DNA of 32,000 nucleotides from Zygophlyctis sp. KS116 (Eukaryota; Fungi; Chytridiomycota). The position numbers and the translations under genes were made by a program. The stretch is taken from positions 30,001 through 62,000 of the forward strand of contig BAAFSQ010000006.1 of NCBI GenBank assembly GCA_054661495.1, written 5' to 3'. Below are positions 9,907 through 21,750 of the stretch, piece after piece. Numbering within the stretch: position 1 is the stretch's first letter; each line of letters opens with the position of its first letter. Below the pieces are notes generated by a model, which worked only from the letters and a program-made list of their open reading frames with translations, was not told the origin of the DNA and did not search any database.

Positions 9907-11270
9907 CTAATTAAGAAACATCTTAATCTTGTCCACAAAAGGTCCATTACGATGAGCAATTGCAAACATGCTATAGTTTTTATCAGTAGTGACTTCTTTT
10001 AGGTTGAGCCACTCTGGTAGTAAATTCTTAATAGTTGGGTCAATGATGTTTTGAGACTCTGGTGATTTTTTGAGAGATTCTGAATGATGATCATAGTCTA
10101 AATAGCCCTCTAATAATACCAATTCCTTAAACGGTTCTTGATAGACGTCCATTTGATAATACCGGTCTTTATATAAAAAGCAACGGCGATACTTCTTTAT
10201 TGGAACTCTAGAGGGATCTGCTTGAGCCCTTAAAGCCTCGAATTCTCTAAAAGTTAAATTCCTCCTAGTTTCTACTCGTTGTCCGTTATGCTAAAAATTA
10301 AAAAATTCTTAAACTGACCTCTGAATGCCTAATGGTCATGTTTAAATGCGTTGATCCGGAACCAACTTGCTGGCGTCTATAATTAATTAAAAATGAGCAT
10401 ACTTTCTTAATCTAATCTGCATTCCGTCATTTGATGTGTTTACCAAATACAAATCTTGATTTTAATTTAAAAACTTCCTTACGATCAACAATAAAGTCCC
10501 TATATGGAACAGGAAAATCATTTTCCATATTAAAACCACTAACCAAGAACTTATGTTTTCTAACCATTTTCCCATATCTATGATGATCTGCGACAAACCC
10601 AAGCCGAGTTAAAACCGCTTGCACAACTCGATCACATTTTTCAGCAAAATTAGAAACACTCAAATTGTCCACCACTTGAAGCGATGAATGCCCAACCCAT
10701 GCATTCATAACTAGAGTATCTAATTCACAAGCCAATTGAATACCCTCTGAGCGAGCTGAATTTGAATCTGAAGAGTAAAAAGCTTCAGCTCCTTTTGCAG
10801 CAGAAACTAAATGAACGACACAATCATAACGATGATCTCTTAAATCAGATTCCTCAACTCCTATTTCCTTGATCATTTGGAGCCAGTTATCTCTAGCAAT
10901 ATATGCCGATGGATCCATTGCACCTCTAAATTAAGTTTATACTAAAATACCGATCACAAATAACAACTGCTTTTTGCCCATTTTTAACCCATTTCTGAGC
11001 AAGATGAATATAAGTATCTTCTATTGTCAGCATTGTCTTTAATAGATCCTTTTGAAAAGAATAAGCCATTTCATTATTAAGCTCTGCAAAATGCACTCCT
11101 CCACTTTCTATTAATGCATTAGTAAAATACCTCAACAAGATTGTAGCCGCCTCGGGGACCCTAAAAACCTTCCATCCCAAAGACTGAAACAGATCCGATA
11201 GTATTGATAGACATGACGTTTTACCCCCACAAGGCCCTCCAGTAAGACAAATAACTTTAACATTTTCCAT
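9907..11270 (-). CDS. TTD14-like protein (NadR/Ttd14 P-loop NTPase plus C-terminal CYTH domain); 5 micro-introns
   Basis: Motifs ICLTGGPCGGKT, VFRVPEAATILL-GG, CDRGAMDPSAY, RYDCVVHLVSAAKGAEAFY and AWVGH. The CYTH-like part reads KHKFLV...IRLRKR...VETRR...KYRRCFLY...QMDVY...LPEWL...EVT.DKNYSM. Confidence 0.85.
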
Positions 11271-11356
11271 GATTGATGTATGAGATCAAGATGAAGATGA
11301 GTTGCAAAGCAAAAATTTCAAAAGTCAAGATTAGAGTAGGGTGTAGATCTAGTTTA

Positions 11357-12118
11357 ATGTTTTACGATCTTCGAATTCCCAAAAATCATTCTCAGCTCAT
11401 TCTCAAGAAAGCAGCCGAATGTATGATCGTTTGACTAATATATAGTAGATTTCAATGCATTTGGCCTTGATGAAACCGTCGATTCCAAAAACTTGAAAAC
11501 TTTGACATTTTCTCACAAGCATCCTGGAAATAATTATTTTTCTAGATTGACGATAATGCTGGAGAATACTTGCAATCTACAAATTTCAAATTTGAAGTAT
11601 GATCTCATCGCTGTACAACCCATGACTGAAAAGGCTTTTGTAGCCATGTGTGGAAATGTAGAAATTGATTTAATTTCTTTGGATTTTAGTACTAGATTGC
11701 CATTTTACATCAAATCATCATCTGCATCACTCGCAATTTCAAAAGGAATTTATTTTGAAATTTGTTATTCATCTTCTATTCATGATTTAAATGCGAGAAA
11801 GAATTTGACGATAAATGCTAGAAATTTGATTCGGGCTACTAAAGGGAAAAATATAATTATTTCCTCAAATGCATCAAGTGCAATGCAATTACGAGGACCT
11901 TATGATTTAATGAATTTATTTGCTTTATTTGGTTTAAATCCAGATAAAGGAAAGGCTGCATTATCAAAAAATTGTAAATCTTTACTAATTCAAGCAGGTA
12001 CACTATTATATTTGACTAATGCAAAGCTTCGAGAAGACAAACTGCAAAGGGATCTATCTCTGTAGAAACTATTGATGAAGAAGAGATTCCTGCTTGGAAA
12101 AGGCCGAGATTAGGCTGA
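11357..12118 (+). CDS. RPP30: RNase P/MRP subunit p30; introns 11421-11445, 11998-12026
   Basis: MFYDL start, plus YDLIAVQP, IDLISLD, GIYFEICYS and KGKNIIISS...LRGPYDLMNL. Confidence 0.92.
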
Positions 12119-12246
12119 GAAGGATGCAAGCAAGAATGAATTATTTAGAATTTTAAGCATGATTTTTGAGACATTCAGGGGACATTATCAGTACATTGGT
12201 CGCCCTAAAACCAAATTGCAAAATTATTTCCAAACGATTAAAAGGG

Positions 12247-13272
12247 ATGGTCTCGGTATGTTTGCAAAAGTAATCATAGATTGCAACTCACTCTGGAACT
12301 TTTCATGCAGACGAGAGTTTAGCCGTTTTCATGCTAAAGTCAATGCAGAGATTTGCTCAAGCGTCAATCATAAGAACAAGAGATGTGGCGGTGATTGATC
12401 AGGCTACAATTGTTGTCGATGTAGGTGCTGTGTATGATCCGGAAAAGCTGAGATTTGATCATCATCAAAGAGGATTTCAGGAAACTTTTAGTGTAGATCA
12501 TACCGTAAAGTTATCTTCTGCTGGTTTAATCTATAAACATTTTGGTAGAGATATTATCGCTTCTAGATTCAATTTAGATCCAAATGAAGAAAAGGTTGAT
12601 GTATTATACAATAAGATGTATAACGATTTTATACTTGCGGTAACATTAATGTTTGAAACTGATTAAAAGTTGGATGGGATTGATAATGGGGTATCTCAGT
12701 ATCCTCCAAGTGCAGGAGAGCCTATTTATAGAGACTCTACAAATCTTTCATCTAGAGTTGCTAATTTGAATCCTTGGTGGAATCAAACAGACGTAAATTT
12801 GGATGAACGGTTTTTAAAGGCAGTTGAGCTCACAGGGACTGAATTTATGGGGAAATTAGATTATTTAGCAAATTCTTGGTTTCCTGCTAGAGATATTGTT
12901 TTGGATACACTAAAGTCAAGATTTGAAGTGGATCCTTCTGGGAAAATATTGCTCTTGAAATCATTTTGTCCTTGGAAGGAGCATTTACATTTACTAGAAA
13001 AAGATCATGGTGTCTCTGCTGATCAATTACCGTTATATGTGGTATACGAGGATGATCGTGATCATTCATATAGAGTTCAAGCAGTAGCGGTGTCTCCTTC
13101 TTCTTTTGAGAGTAGAAAAGCTTTTCCTGAACCATGGAGAGGTTTAAGAGATGAAGAACTTTCTCAAAAAACTGGAATACCAGGATCGGTTTTTGTTCAT
13201 GCTACAGGATTTATCGCTGGATGTAAAACAAAGGATGGAGCTATACAATTCGCAAAAAAAGCAATCTCTTGA
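12247..13272 (+). CDS. MYG1: MYG1 3'-5' RNA exonuclease; introns 12256-12279, 12640-12669
   Basis: Spliced MVS|IATHSGTFHADE, plus VVDVGAVYDP, FDHHQ, KLSSAGLIYKHFG, DGIDNG, LNPWWN, PWRGLRDEELS and FVHATGFI. Confidence 0.95.
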
Positions 13273-13304
13273 TAGAATTACTCAATAAAAAAGTCTATTT
13301 TCTA

Positions 13305-15778
13305 CTATATAGTTTTGTCCTTTTCTAGCAAACTTTAAATAAGAACACGGTTAAATTACCTTTGCCAATGTTTCTTGTTCTTTGCCAAATTCTTGACAGC
13401 ATCAAAGGTATCATCTTCGTTCAAGTATGTGTCCCATGCTTTGTATAAAGGTGTTACAATATAATCGATAAAACCAACTTGGCATTTTGGTATATCAGTC
13501 GAATTTCTATCCATAAACATTGAAATTGGAAGACCCTTGCTTCGTTCTAAATCTCCCTGTTGAAAAAACTCATCCATAATTAGATAAGACCACCTTTTCG
13601 AAATTTCAAGGGGTTTAGAGGCATTGTTAATATCAGCACATTTCATGCAAATGTCTAAAGCTATTTGCCTATCACCGGCTTCAGTAAAGTTAAGCCCTTT
13701 GCATTAAAAACACAGAAATATTATACCAGTGCCGTTAATTTTGTTTTCGAATTTGGCAATATATTCAAAATGATTAGCCATATCTGTAGATAAAACCATT
13801 CCAACAATTGTAGCTCTTATACTTTTCCACTTATCCAATGAAAACTTTGCGAGTATGTTAGCCTCTGGAATCGATTGCATTATTTCAAATCCCTTAGAGC
13901 AGTGATAGTTTTCCAGTACCTATTTTGTTATATCATGAGATAAAATACGGCTTGATCATTATATCTCAATGCAAGTTCTGCAGATGTACTAATCAAATAA
14001 GCATTATTAACACCAGGATGATCAATATCATGAATTGCAGCAGCGACTATTGCGGCAAAGCAATCCTTGAAAGTTAAAAAAATCATCCCAGTACCTCTTG
14101 AGTAACTAAATCATTTAATCCTAAAACACTAAGGAAAAAATGAACTGCGTGCATGACATCCGCAGCATGTGTTGAATTATGATAAGTATTTTTCTAGCTT
14201 TAAAAATAATATATTACTCGGTAGGATGATTCAACGATTTCAAAGAACTTTGACATGACTGATTCGTCGATATCATACAAGTATTTAAGATTGTACGTGT
14301 CGTAAAGATACATTCCGAGGAAATACAAGGGGCGCCCTAAAGTTTAAAATATAATTCTTACCATTTGTGGCATCATACAAGTCAAATATATTGAAGCTCC
14401 ATTCATCAACATTTTCTAGCGCTTCCGTTATTTTTTGGCTATTTCTAGAATATATATAAATAAAATCCTACCCTCCTATTGGTCTACTAATTATCTCTAT
14501 AAAATTCCTAGAATTAATATAATGAGTCTTACGTTGGTGCTTGTAACACATTATTTTGCTTCTTATCTTCTTCGTTTTGATTGCTCTGATTCGTAATAAG
14601 TGAATTTAGCCATTTTGAAACTTCGGAGTCTATGTTTGTATTACTAAGATTTGGTAAAAAAAGCTGATTTTTTGATAATAAATCAATAACTTTGTCCAAA
14701 CTGCTTTGCATATCCGAATTCAGGTTACATTTACTTTGAATATCTCTAATGACTTTGATTACTTTTGTAATTGGAGAATCTAAATCCAAAGTATTTTCTT
14801 TTGTCTTCATTTCCTTAATCTGTCTTTTAAGTTCAATATTTTGATAAAACAAGGTGGCAACAAGCTTTTGCCTTTCAATTAAATTCAATGCATAATCAAG
14901 AATATGTTTCTCTAAAAAGTATAAAATTGCAACTATTTCAATCATGACTACCTTGATGTAAAATATTCAAAATAATTACCATTAATGTTATATCAGGAGC
15001 CCAAGAGGATGAAATCGGCAGAGCCATTTGGAATTTTGCAGCAGTCTCTGCAGTAAATGCTGTATTAAGTACAGCAGACATTGTTGCATACACGGCTATT
15101 TTCTTTACACAAAGTATAAATTACCAATAAAACTAAAATATATGATAAAGAGAAATTTTAGATTCTGTTGACCTCCTACTTGCAAGGAGATTGTCATAAT
15201 AGAAGTAAACCACAACACCCCAAAGACTGTATGAATTTCTCGTGAAAAGATATGAAATATTCCATATGGAATGACTGATAAATAAAATGGTAGCATTGAT
15301 TTAGAATTATAGTGCTGAAAAATTATTGCGATTTCAATATTGACATACGACACAAAGATATATAAAGGAATTGCCCAAAAAAACATTGTTATCATTCCTG
15401 CCAAATGAGCAAAGCACAAAATTATTAGTTGCCAAATATAATGAAGCGATAACTAAGAATCAATAATATAAAGCATTACAAACTGTATTATTGGACCTTG
15501 AATTGATTTAGTTGACGGCGATTCCTCATTATTTTTCAAAATTCTAATAATTAATTGATGGCGTTGATGTCATTAATGTGAATTAATTAATCTATAGTGA
15601 TTACTTACTTGTGGCTCTGTACAGATCGTAATGTGTCTGCTCGTGTTATTCCCTTCCTATCAACAATCTTCCTTGTTAAGTCCTGGGACATGATATTTTT
15701 AAGATCATCCTGTGATTTAAGAGAAGACAGAGATATCAGAACATTATCCTTTGAGTTTTTATTTAACAGTCTCTTCAT
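13305..15778 (-). CDS. Multi-pass membrane class I 3',5'-cyclic nucleotide phosphodiesterase; 12 introns
   Basis: Catalytic motifs [57 protein letters not shown] and [13 protein letters not shown]8-like helical segment (SPITKVI...LDKVIDLL...LFLP) and a coiled coil precede them, with about 6 hydrophobic N-terminal segments. Introns: 15544-15608, 15453-15479, 15096-15124, 14952-14979, 14508-14532, 14445-14471, 14337-14361, 14194-14217, 14066-14094, 13920-13948, 13697-13726, 13333-13359. Confidence 0.9.
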
Positions 15779-15942
15779 ATCGGGCAATCACTAAAACGAA
15801 TGGAAAACTTCCGTTCTTAACTCACGAAATGTCCGAACGCAAACTAAATATCAGCCAATGAACACTTGTGGTCGCCGCTGCTATATTATAATATTACTTT
15901 ATTAATAATTAGCATTAAGAGATCAATGCTGCTACTCCAATC

Positions 15943-18900
15943 ATGATGCATTATAACGCCACCGTAAACAAACAGACACAACTTATAATGAAGGAGGATA
16001 AATATGAGATCAAGACCGCAAGAGCAAGCTCATTTAAATCATCAGATTTATCTCCATCTACTGCTACAAATGAAACTTTTCCAAAAATAAAAACAGATCG
16101 TCTTTGTAAATCATTTAATGCAGCATCAAATTCTCCAACAACAGCAGTCAACTTACAACTTCCGATTCCTTTAATGGAAAGAAGAGCTTCATTTACTGAT
16201 TCAGATCACCCGATCAATGATATGACAAACCTGCTGCATAGTCTCCCGTTTTTTTCTGGATTGCCGTCATCAGATGCATTCATCCAAGAAATTAATGGTC
16301 TGTTGAAATTAAGACCTTTCAAATTAGGAGATACAGTTATACATTATGGAGATGTTGCAAAATGCATGTATTTAATAGTTAGGGGAGAACTTGGTATCAT
16401 GAGTGAAGATAATGAAATTGAGTATGCAACTTTAACAGCAGGATCATTTGGTAAATTATGACAAAATTAAAATTAGTGGGTGAAATAGGTGTATTATTTA
16501 ATACTATGCGTACTGCAACTGTCATCTGCAAAACTAAAAGTCTTTTAGTTGCATTAACTACAGAAGATATCCAATCCAAATTGGAAAAATACCCAGATAT
16601 AAAAGAACATATTCAGCTAAAAGGGAATGAGCGGTTGCAAGCCTTGGAGAATATTAAAAATCAGAAAAATGAACCTGTAGAAAAGGAAGAAAAAAAAGGA
16701 AAGGCGGGATATAATGTGAAGAGAAGTTCTTCATTTAAGAAGGCTGCTATCAGTCCTGATTCATCGTTTAATGCTGGACAATCTTTAGGGAACAGTTTTG
16801 GAGCAGGAGGATTACTTTCACCGGACTCCATGGTACCTGTTCAAATGATTAATACTAGAATATAATGAAAAATAAGGCCTCTTCCAGAAGATCTTCTCTA
16901 AACCCGGAAACTGCGCTAGGAACATCTTTAGATTTAACCCCAGATGGTTCACTTTTACCAAACAATGAGCCGGCTTTTTTAAGGAGAAAAAATTCATTCA
17001 ATCATTCTGAAGACGATGACGATCAATCTAAATTATTTTCGAAATCGTTCAATGCATCAAGAAGAAAGAGCTCGATTCGGTTTGAATTAGGGGATTTGGC
17101 AATATCAGTCCAAGATGAACCACCTCCTAATATTCTATCAATTGCAGTGCCACAGATTGAGGTTTCAGTTAATTCTGACTATAAGATGTCACTTGAAGAG
17201 ATACCTACAATCGAAATAAGCGCCAGTGCAGACTCATCAGAAATATGCATTCCTGTTCCTGCTATTATGATCGAAACACCATCTCTAAATAATCTCACAG
17301 AAGAGAACACTAAGGAACATATCGATTCTATCGAAAATCATTTAAAATCCAAAGAAACTGAGCCGAGAAGAATATCTGTTGCAGTTTGGTCTGATCCCAA
17401 GCTAATTAAAATTGCTCAAAAGAAGGAAGAGGGAATTTCCCACACTTTCAAACAAGCTAAATCATGGACTGGAATTTCAGATGAATATTTTACAGAGGTT
17501 GATGATGAAGACGAAATATGCTTTTTACAGACGGCAATATCTGACTCATTTGATACCGGATTATCAGTAACCCCCAATGAGGAAGTATTGATAAATTTGG
17601 TCCGATGCCTTAGTTTTGAAGATTTATTTAGACTTAGAGGACTTTGTCAAAGTATGCCAGCTATCATTTCTACTGCGAAGCCTCACAAATTAAAATCAAT
17701 TAATTTATCACCATATTTTAGGCGACTCAATGATCGAGGATTAATAGCTATATCTAAGCTATGCGGAATGTTCATAGAAAAACTGAACTTACATGCGGCT
17801 TATCAGCTAAACGATAGAAGTGTCGAAACTCTCGCCAAGTCAGCACCAAATTTAAAGTATTTGAACCTATCAGATCTATGGGAGCTTTCTGATGTCAGCT
17901 TAGTGGCTCTATCTCGATATTGCCCCTCTATAACTCATCTTGATTTGTCGAATTGCCGCAAAATAACCAACAAAGGTTTGTTAGGAATCTTGGAATCGTG
18001 CTCAAAACTCTCAATTTTATCGTTAAGCTATTGCAAGAATCTCACTAATAAAGTATTTGATCATGAATCATGGGCTAGAATTAAAGAGGTAAATCTTCAT
18101 AGATGTACTGGAATCGGCGATCGTGGCTTTGAATTCTGGCCTCTATTTATAGATGATTTTGGATGGTCAGGAAACGGATCCAGAATGCTTGCTTCTTCAA
18201 CCGATTGGGGTCATGCATCAGAAGATATTCTAAAGGGATCATTTTGCAAAAGTGGAGTCACATTAGATAACTTAAGTTTTGCCGATGGACTCTGCGACAT
18301 GGACCAAAATGATGTAAACGAAGTTATATATGATGATAATGACAACTGGAGAAGTGAGATATCAGAAGAAAAATTAAGTCGGGACAATCTACATTCTAGC
18401 AGTGATTCAGTTAGCTTATCAGACTCTATGGATAAACCAAAGATAATGGTTAGTGAATTTTCAGAAAATACAAGCGAACCATCAAGACTGACACATTTTG
18501 CCTTGCGAAGTCTTGATCTTCGAGACTGTTCCTTCTTATCCGATACTGCGATCGCATCTATCGCTAGTGTATGCTCTCAATTAAGAATTCTAAATTTATC
18601 ATTTTGTTGTTCTTTGACTGAAGATTTTGGAAGATACTTGGGTAATTATTTTGTGTATTCAAGTTATAGTCAAAGGTTGTAGAAAATTATCACATCTTGA
18701 CGTTTCCTTTTGCGGAGGAGCTGTGAATGATGAATTTTTATTAGAAATATCCACTGGTCTTCATCGCCTTAAAGCCCTGTCTATTCGTGGATGCATTCAA
18801 ATTACAGATCAAGGAGTGGATCATATTATTAAATATTCAAAACTTGAAAAAATCAGCTATTCTCAATGCAAATCTATAACTTCTAGCGGCAGAAATTTAT

Positions 18901-18965
18901 TGAATGAAAATTATCAAGTAGTAGATACTAACTCTATTTGTGAAGGAATAGCTGGATGGATATAA
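15943..18965 (+). CDS. Cyclic-nucleotide-binding domain + F-box + cysteine-containing LRR protein; introns 16451-16476, 16833-16858, 18642-18669
   Basis: CNBD: LPFF...GDTVIHYGDVAKCMYLIVRG...GSFVGEIGVLFNTMRTATV. F-box-like: PNEEVLINLVRCLSFEDLFRLRGLC. LRR_CC repeats such as LDLSNCRKITNKGL, LSLSYCKNLT and LSIRGCIQITDQGV. Confidence 0.85.
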
Positions 18966-19062
18966 TCATTATTGTCAGTTTAATAAACAAGCAATATCCA
19001 ATACACAAAATACTTGAGACCGATCGGGTTAAAAACCTTCACGTGGGTTTGTTTACAAACAA

Positions 19063-21570
19063 ATGAAATTAGATGCCGCGATTGAATATTCTATTCAACG
19101 GTCCACTACAAAGGACCTGAAACCGTTAAAACCAAAACACATACAAAGTATTTTCATTAATTTAACTGTTAGATATAACCATGGCCACTGCTCAGCGGGA
19201 TGTCCAAATGTCTGATTTGTTTAGATGCTTTGGTGGGAGACTGAAAGAGTCTTCTTCAATAGTGACTCTAAAGACATTGTTGCTCATTCATATCATGATA
19301 AGAGAAGGCTCCCATGAAAGAGTTTTGGGCTATTTGGCTTCTAATCCTGGACTAGTTGATGTTTATCATCTTAAGGATAAGTATGATCAGTTGAGAAATG
19401 TTCAGGAATACTCTGAATTCTTAGAGGAAAGAGTTGCTGCTTTTAAAAATGTGAAGGAGGACTTTGTAAAGGGGAAAGCGGCAATGATTACTTATTATAA
19501 ACATGAGCCATTGGATGAACAAAAGTTGAAGAGTATTCAAAGCTTACAACTCCTGATTGAAGCAGGAGCTAAATGTTCAGTATGCTGGTTTTATTTTAAT
19601 TTTGATAGTGTTTTGTTGATGATTGGCGATCAGATAATCCTATTCAGATTCAGGCTTTTAGACTGATTGTTGGCGATATGATTGGGCTTTTCCATTTATT
19701 AAACGAGGCAGTACTAAGGTTATTGGCTGGATTCTTTGAATTGGAAAAGCCTTTGGCAAAACTGGGGCTTGAGATATATAAGAACTTTGCTGATCAGACT
19801 AAAAGAGTGACAGGATTTTTTGAACAAGCGGGAAGAGTTTCGGTGGAAATAGGTGTTAGAATTCCTGTTTTCAAACAGGTAAGTTTTCATTTGATGTTAT
19901 TCTTCTCCCAAAGGGGAAATATTGTTTTTGTATTCTTATTCATAGGCTCCAGCTTCACTCGTAAGTACTTTGTCAGACCACATAAAAGCTCCAAACTTTG
20001 AAGAGCAAAGAGTTATAGCAAGAGAGCAAAAGGCAATGAAAGCTTTGGCGGGGAAAAAATCGAAAAAGAATAAATCAAATAAGGATCTGTCTCGTATTTT
20101 TTCATTTATTAATATTTAGGATCTGGCTCAGCTTCTTCACTTGATAGTCAGACAGAATTGGAAAAGTCATCAGCTCCGGCAACTGCAGGGGCCGAGAATG
20201 ATCTTAGGAAAAAGATAGCACTTAAAGCAGATCCTGTTCTCATTGACTTCTTTGCTTCAATAGATGAGGAGGTTCAGGCCTTTGAATCAGACGCTAATCA
20301 GGCTCAATATGGAGATGTAGGCTCGGTATGGTATCCACAGCAGTTTGGACAAGACCAAGGAAATGGAAATTCTCCACTCGGAAGCATGTATGGACTCACC
20401 GAGACCGCTAAGACTCAAGCCCAAATTCAAAAGCAATTACAGCAAACAGAACAAATGTTTGCTTCTGCTGGATTTTCTATCCAGCCGGCTGGATTGGGAT
20501 ACCCTGCTCCATCAAACCAGTCCTCGTTCAATGGTTTGCCAGAAGGTGCCAAAATGGCTCCAAATCCTTTTATGCCCCCTTCGCAAAATTTCGCAAATTC
20601 CTCTTCAGCCCAACCTTTTTCGTCAGCAGGATCCACAAACATGCAGAGTCAGCCTTTTAGGGGTCACCAGTCATCTCCTCTTGGGACATCACAAGCTCCA
20701 TTTGGGAATTCTCTTAACTATGGCTCTCAGCAGCAAGTAGTGTCCAATCAGCCAGCTGTATTTCAAACTCAGCCTTTTGGCGCTCCTACAGTTTCTCTTT
20801 CAAATACATATATGAATCCATTTGCTTTCAGTCAGGCACAATCGAATACAGCCCCTTTGAACCCTTTCGGTACTTCCTCTAATTCCAACCAGCCTGTGAA
20901 TCTGAATTTCAAGATGGGTGCTTTTATCCCAACACAAGCTCCGACTCAGCCCTCAACATATTCTTCTTTGCCAAGATCCAACACTGCTCAGCCTATGGTT
21001 CCTCCGAAAAATGTAGATCTTTTTGGGGATCTAGCTTCTCTGGACTTATCATATACTACGCATGCACAGAACAAGATTCCTTCTCAACCCCAACCATCAT
21101 ATACACAGTTTGGTGCATTTGGTGGAAATGTCAGTGGTCAGTTTCCAGGATTGCAAGCTGATAGAAATCTACAATCCCAGCCGCCAGTTTCTTTCCCCCC
21201 TTTTGGAGCCGGTCAGTCTGGAGGTCAAAGTATGAACGACCCATTCAATCCTTTTGGAACTGCACAAAAGGCCTATAGCCCTCCAGTAGCTGCTGCAAAT
21301 CCACAAGCATCGAACCCATTTGGAAATTTAGATTTTGGAGGAAACCTTTCAGGTGGATCTAGTACTGCTTCTAATTCATATGGTAACTATATAGTTAGTA
21401 GTAGCAGCAATGCTCAACCGCAAACCTTGTTTGATCCCCGCTCGAATGCCAATGGAACAGCCTCAGATCCTTTTACAAGGCCATCTCAGAATCAAGATTT
21501 ATTTGCACACGACCCATTTTCCATGCCGCTGCAAAACTCAACTAATGGATTTGGATTTCAAAAAAAATAG
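19063..21570 (+). CDS. ANTH-domain clathrin adaptor (AP180/YAP180/CALM-like); introns 19148-19172, 19580-19608, 19879-19945, 20094-20119
   Basis: Motifs KPLKPKH, IVTLKTLLLIHIMIREG, LFHLLNEAVLRLL..FFE and APASL, followed by a disordered tail with many NPF/DPF motifs plus LIDFF and VDLF. Confidence 0.9.
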
Positions 21571-21750
21571 CTTATATAGTTATAGTAGATGAAAATGAAT
21601 TGATGACAAATTGAATTAGTTTTTCTGTGAGAAGCAGGAATTTTAAGGTTGGTCGCAACAGAATTTATAATTAGGAAATTTTATTTGATTATGGAATGTT
21701 GATAATAAATAGGTAATTTTGTTTCGTTATTGAGTTTGTGACTGCGTTTT

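Noticed and set aside
12159-12398. ORF 12159-12398 as MYG1 exon 1
   Set aside because: It is out of frame with the conserved THSGTFHADE. The correct frame comes from ATG 12247 and a 24-nt intron.
14850-15480. Rhodopsin-phosphodiesterase (Rh-PDE)
   Set aside because: There is no helix-G DxxxK retinal-binding lysine motif or helix-C RYxxW motif in the TM region.
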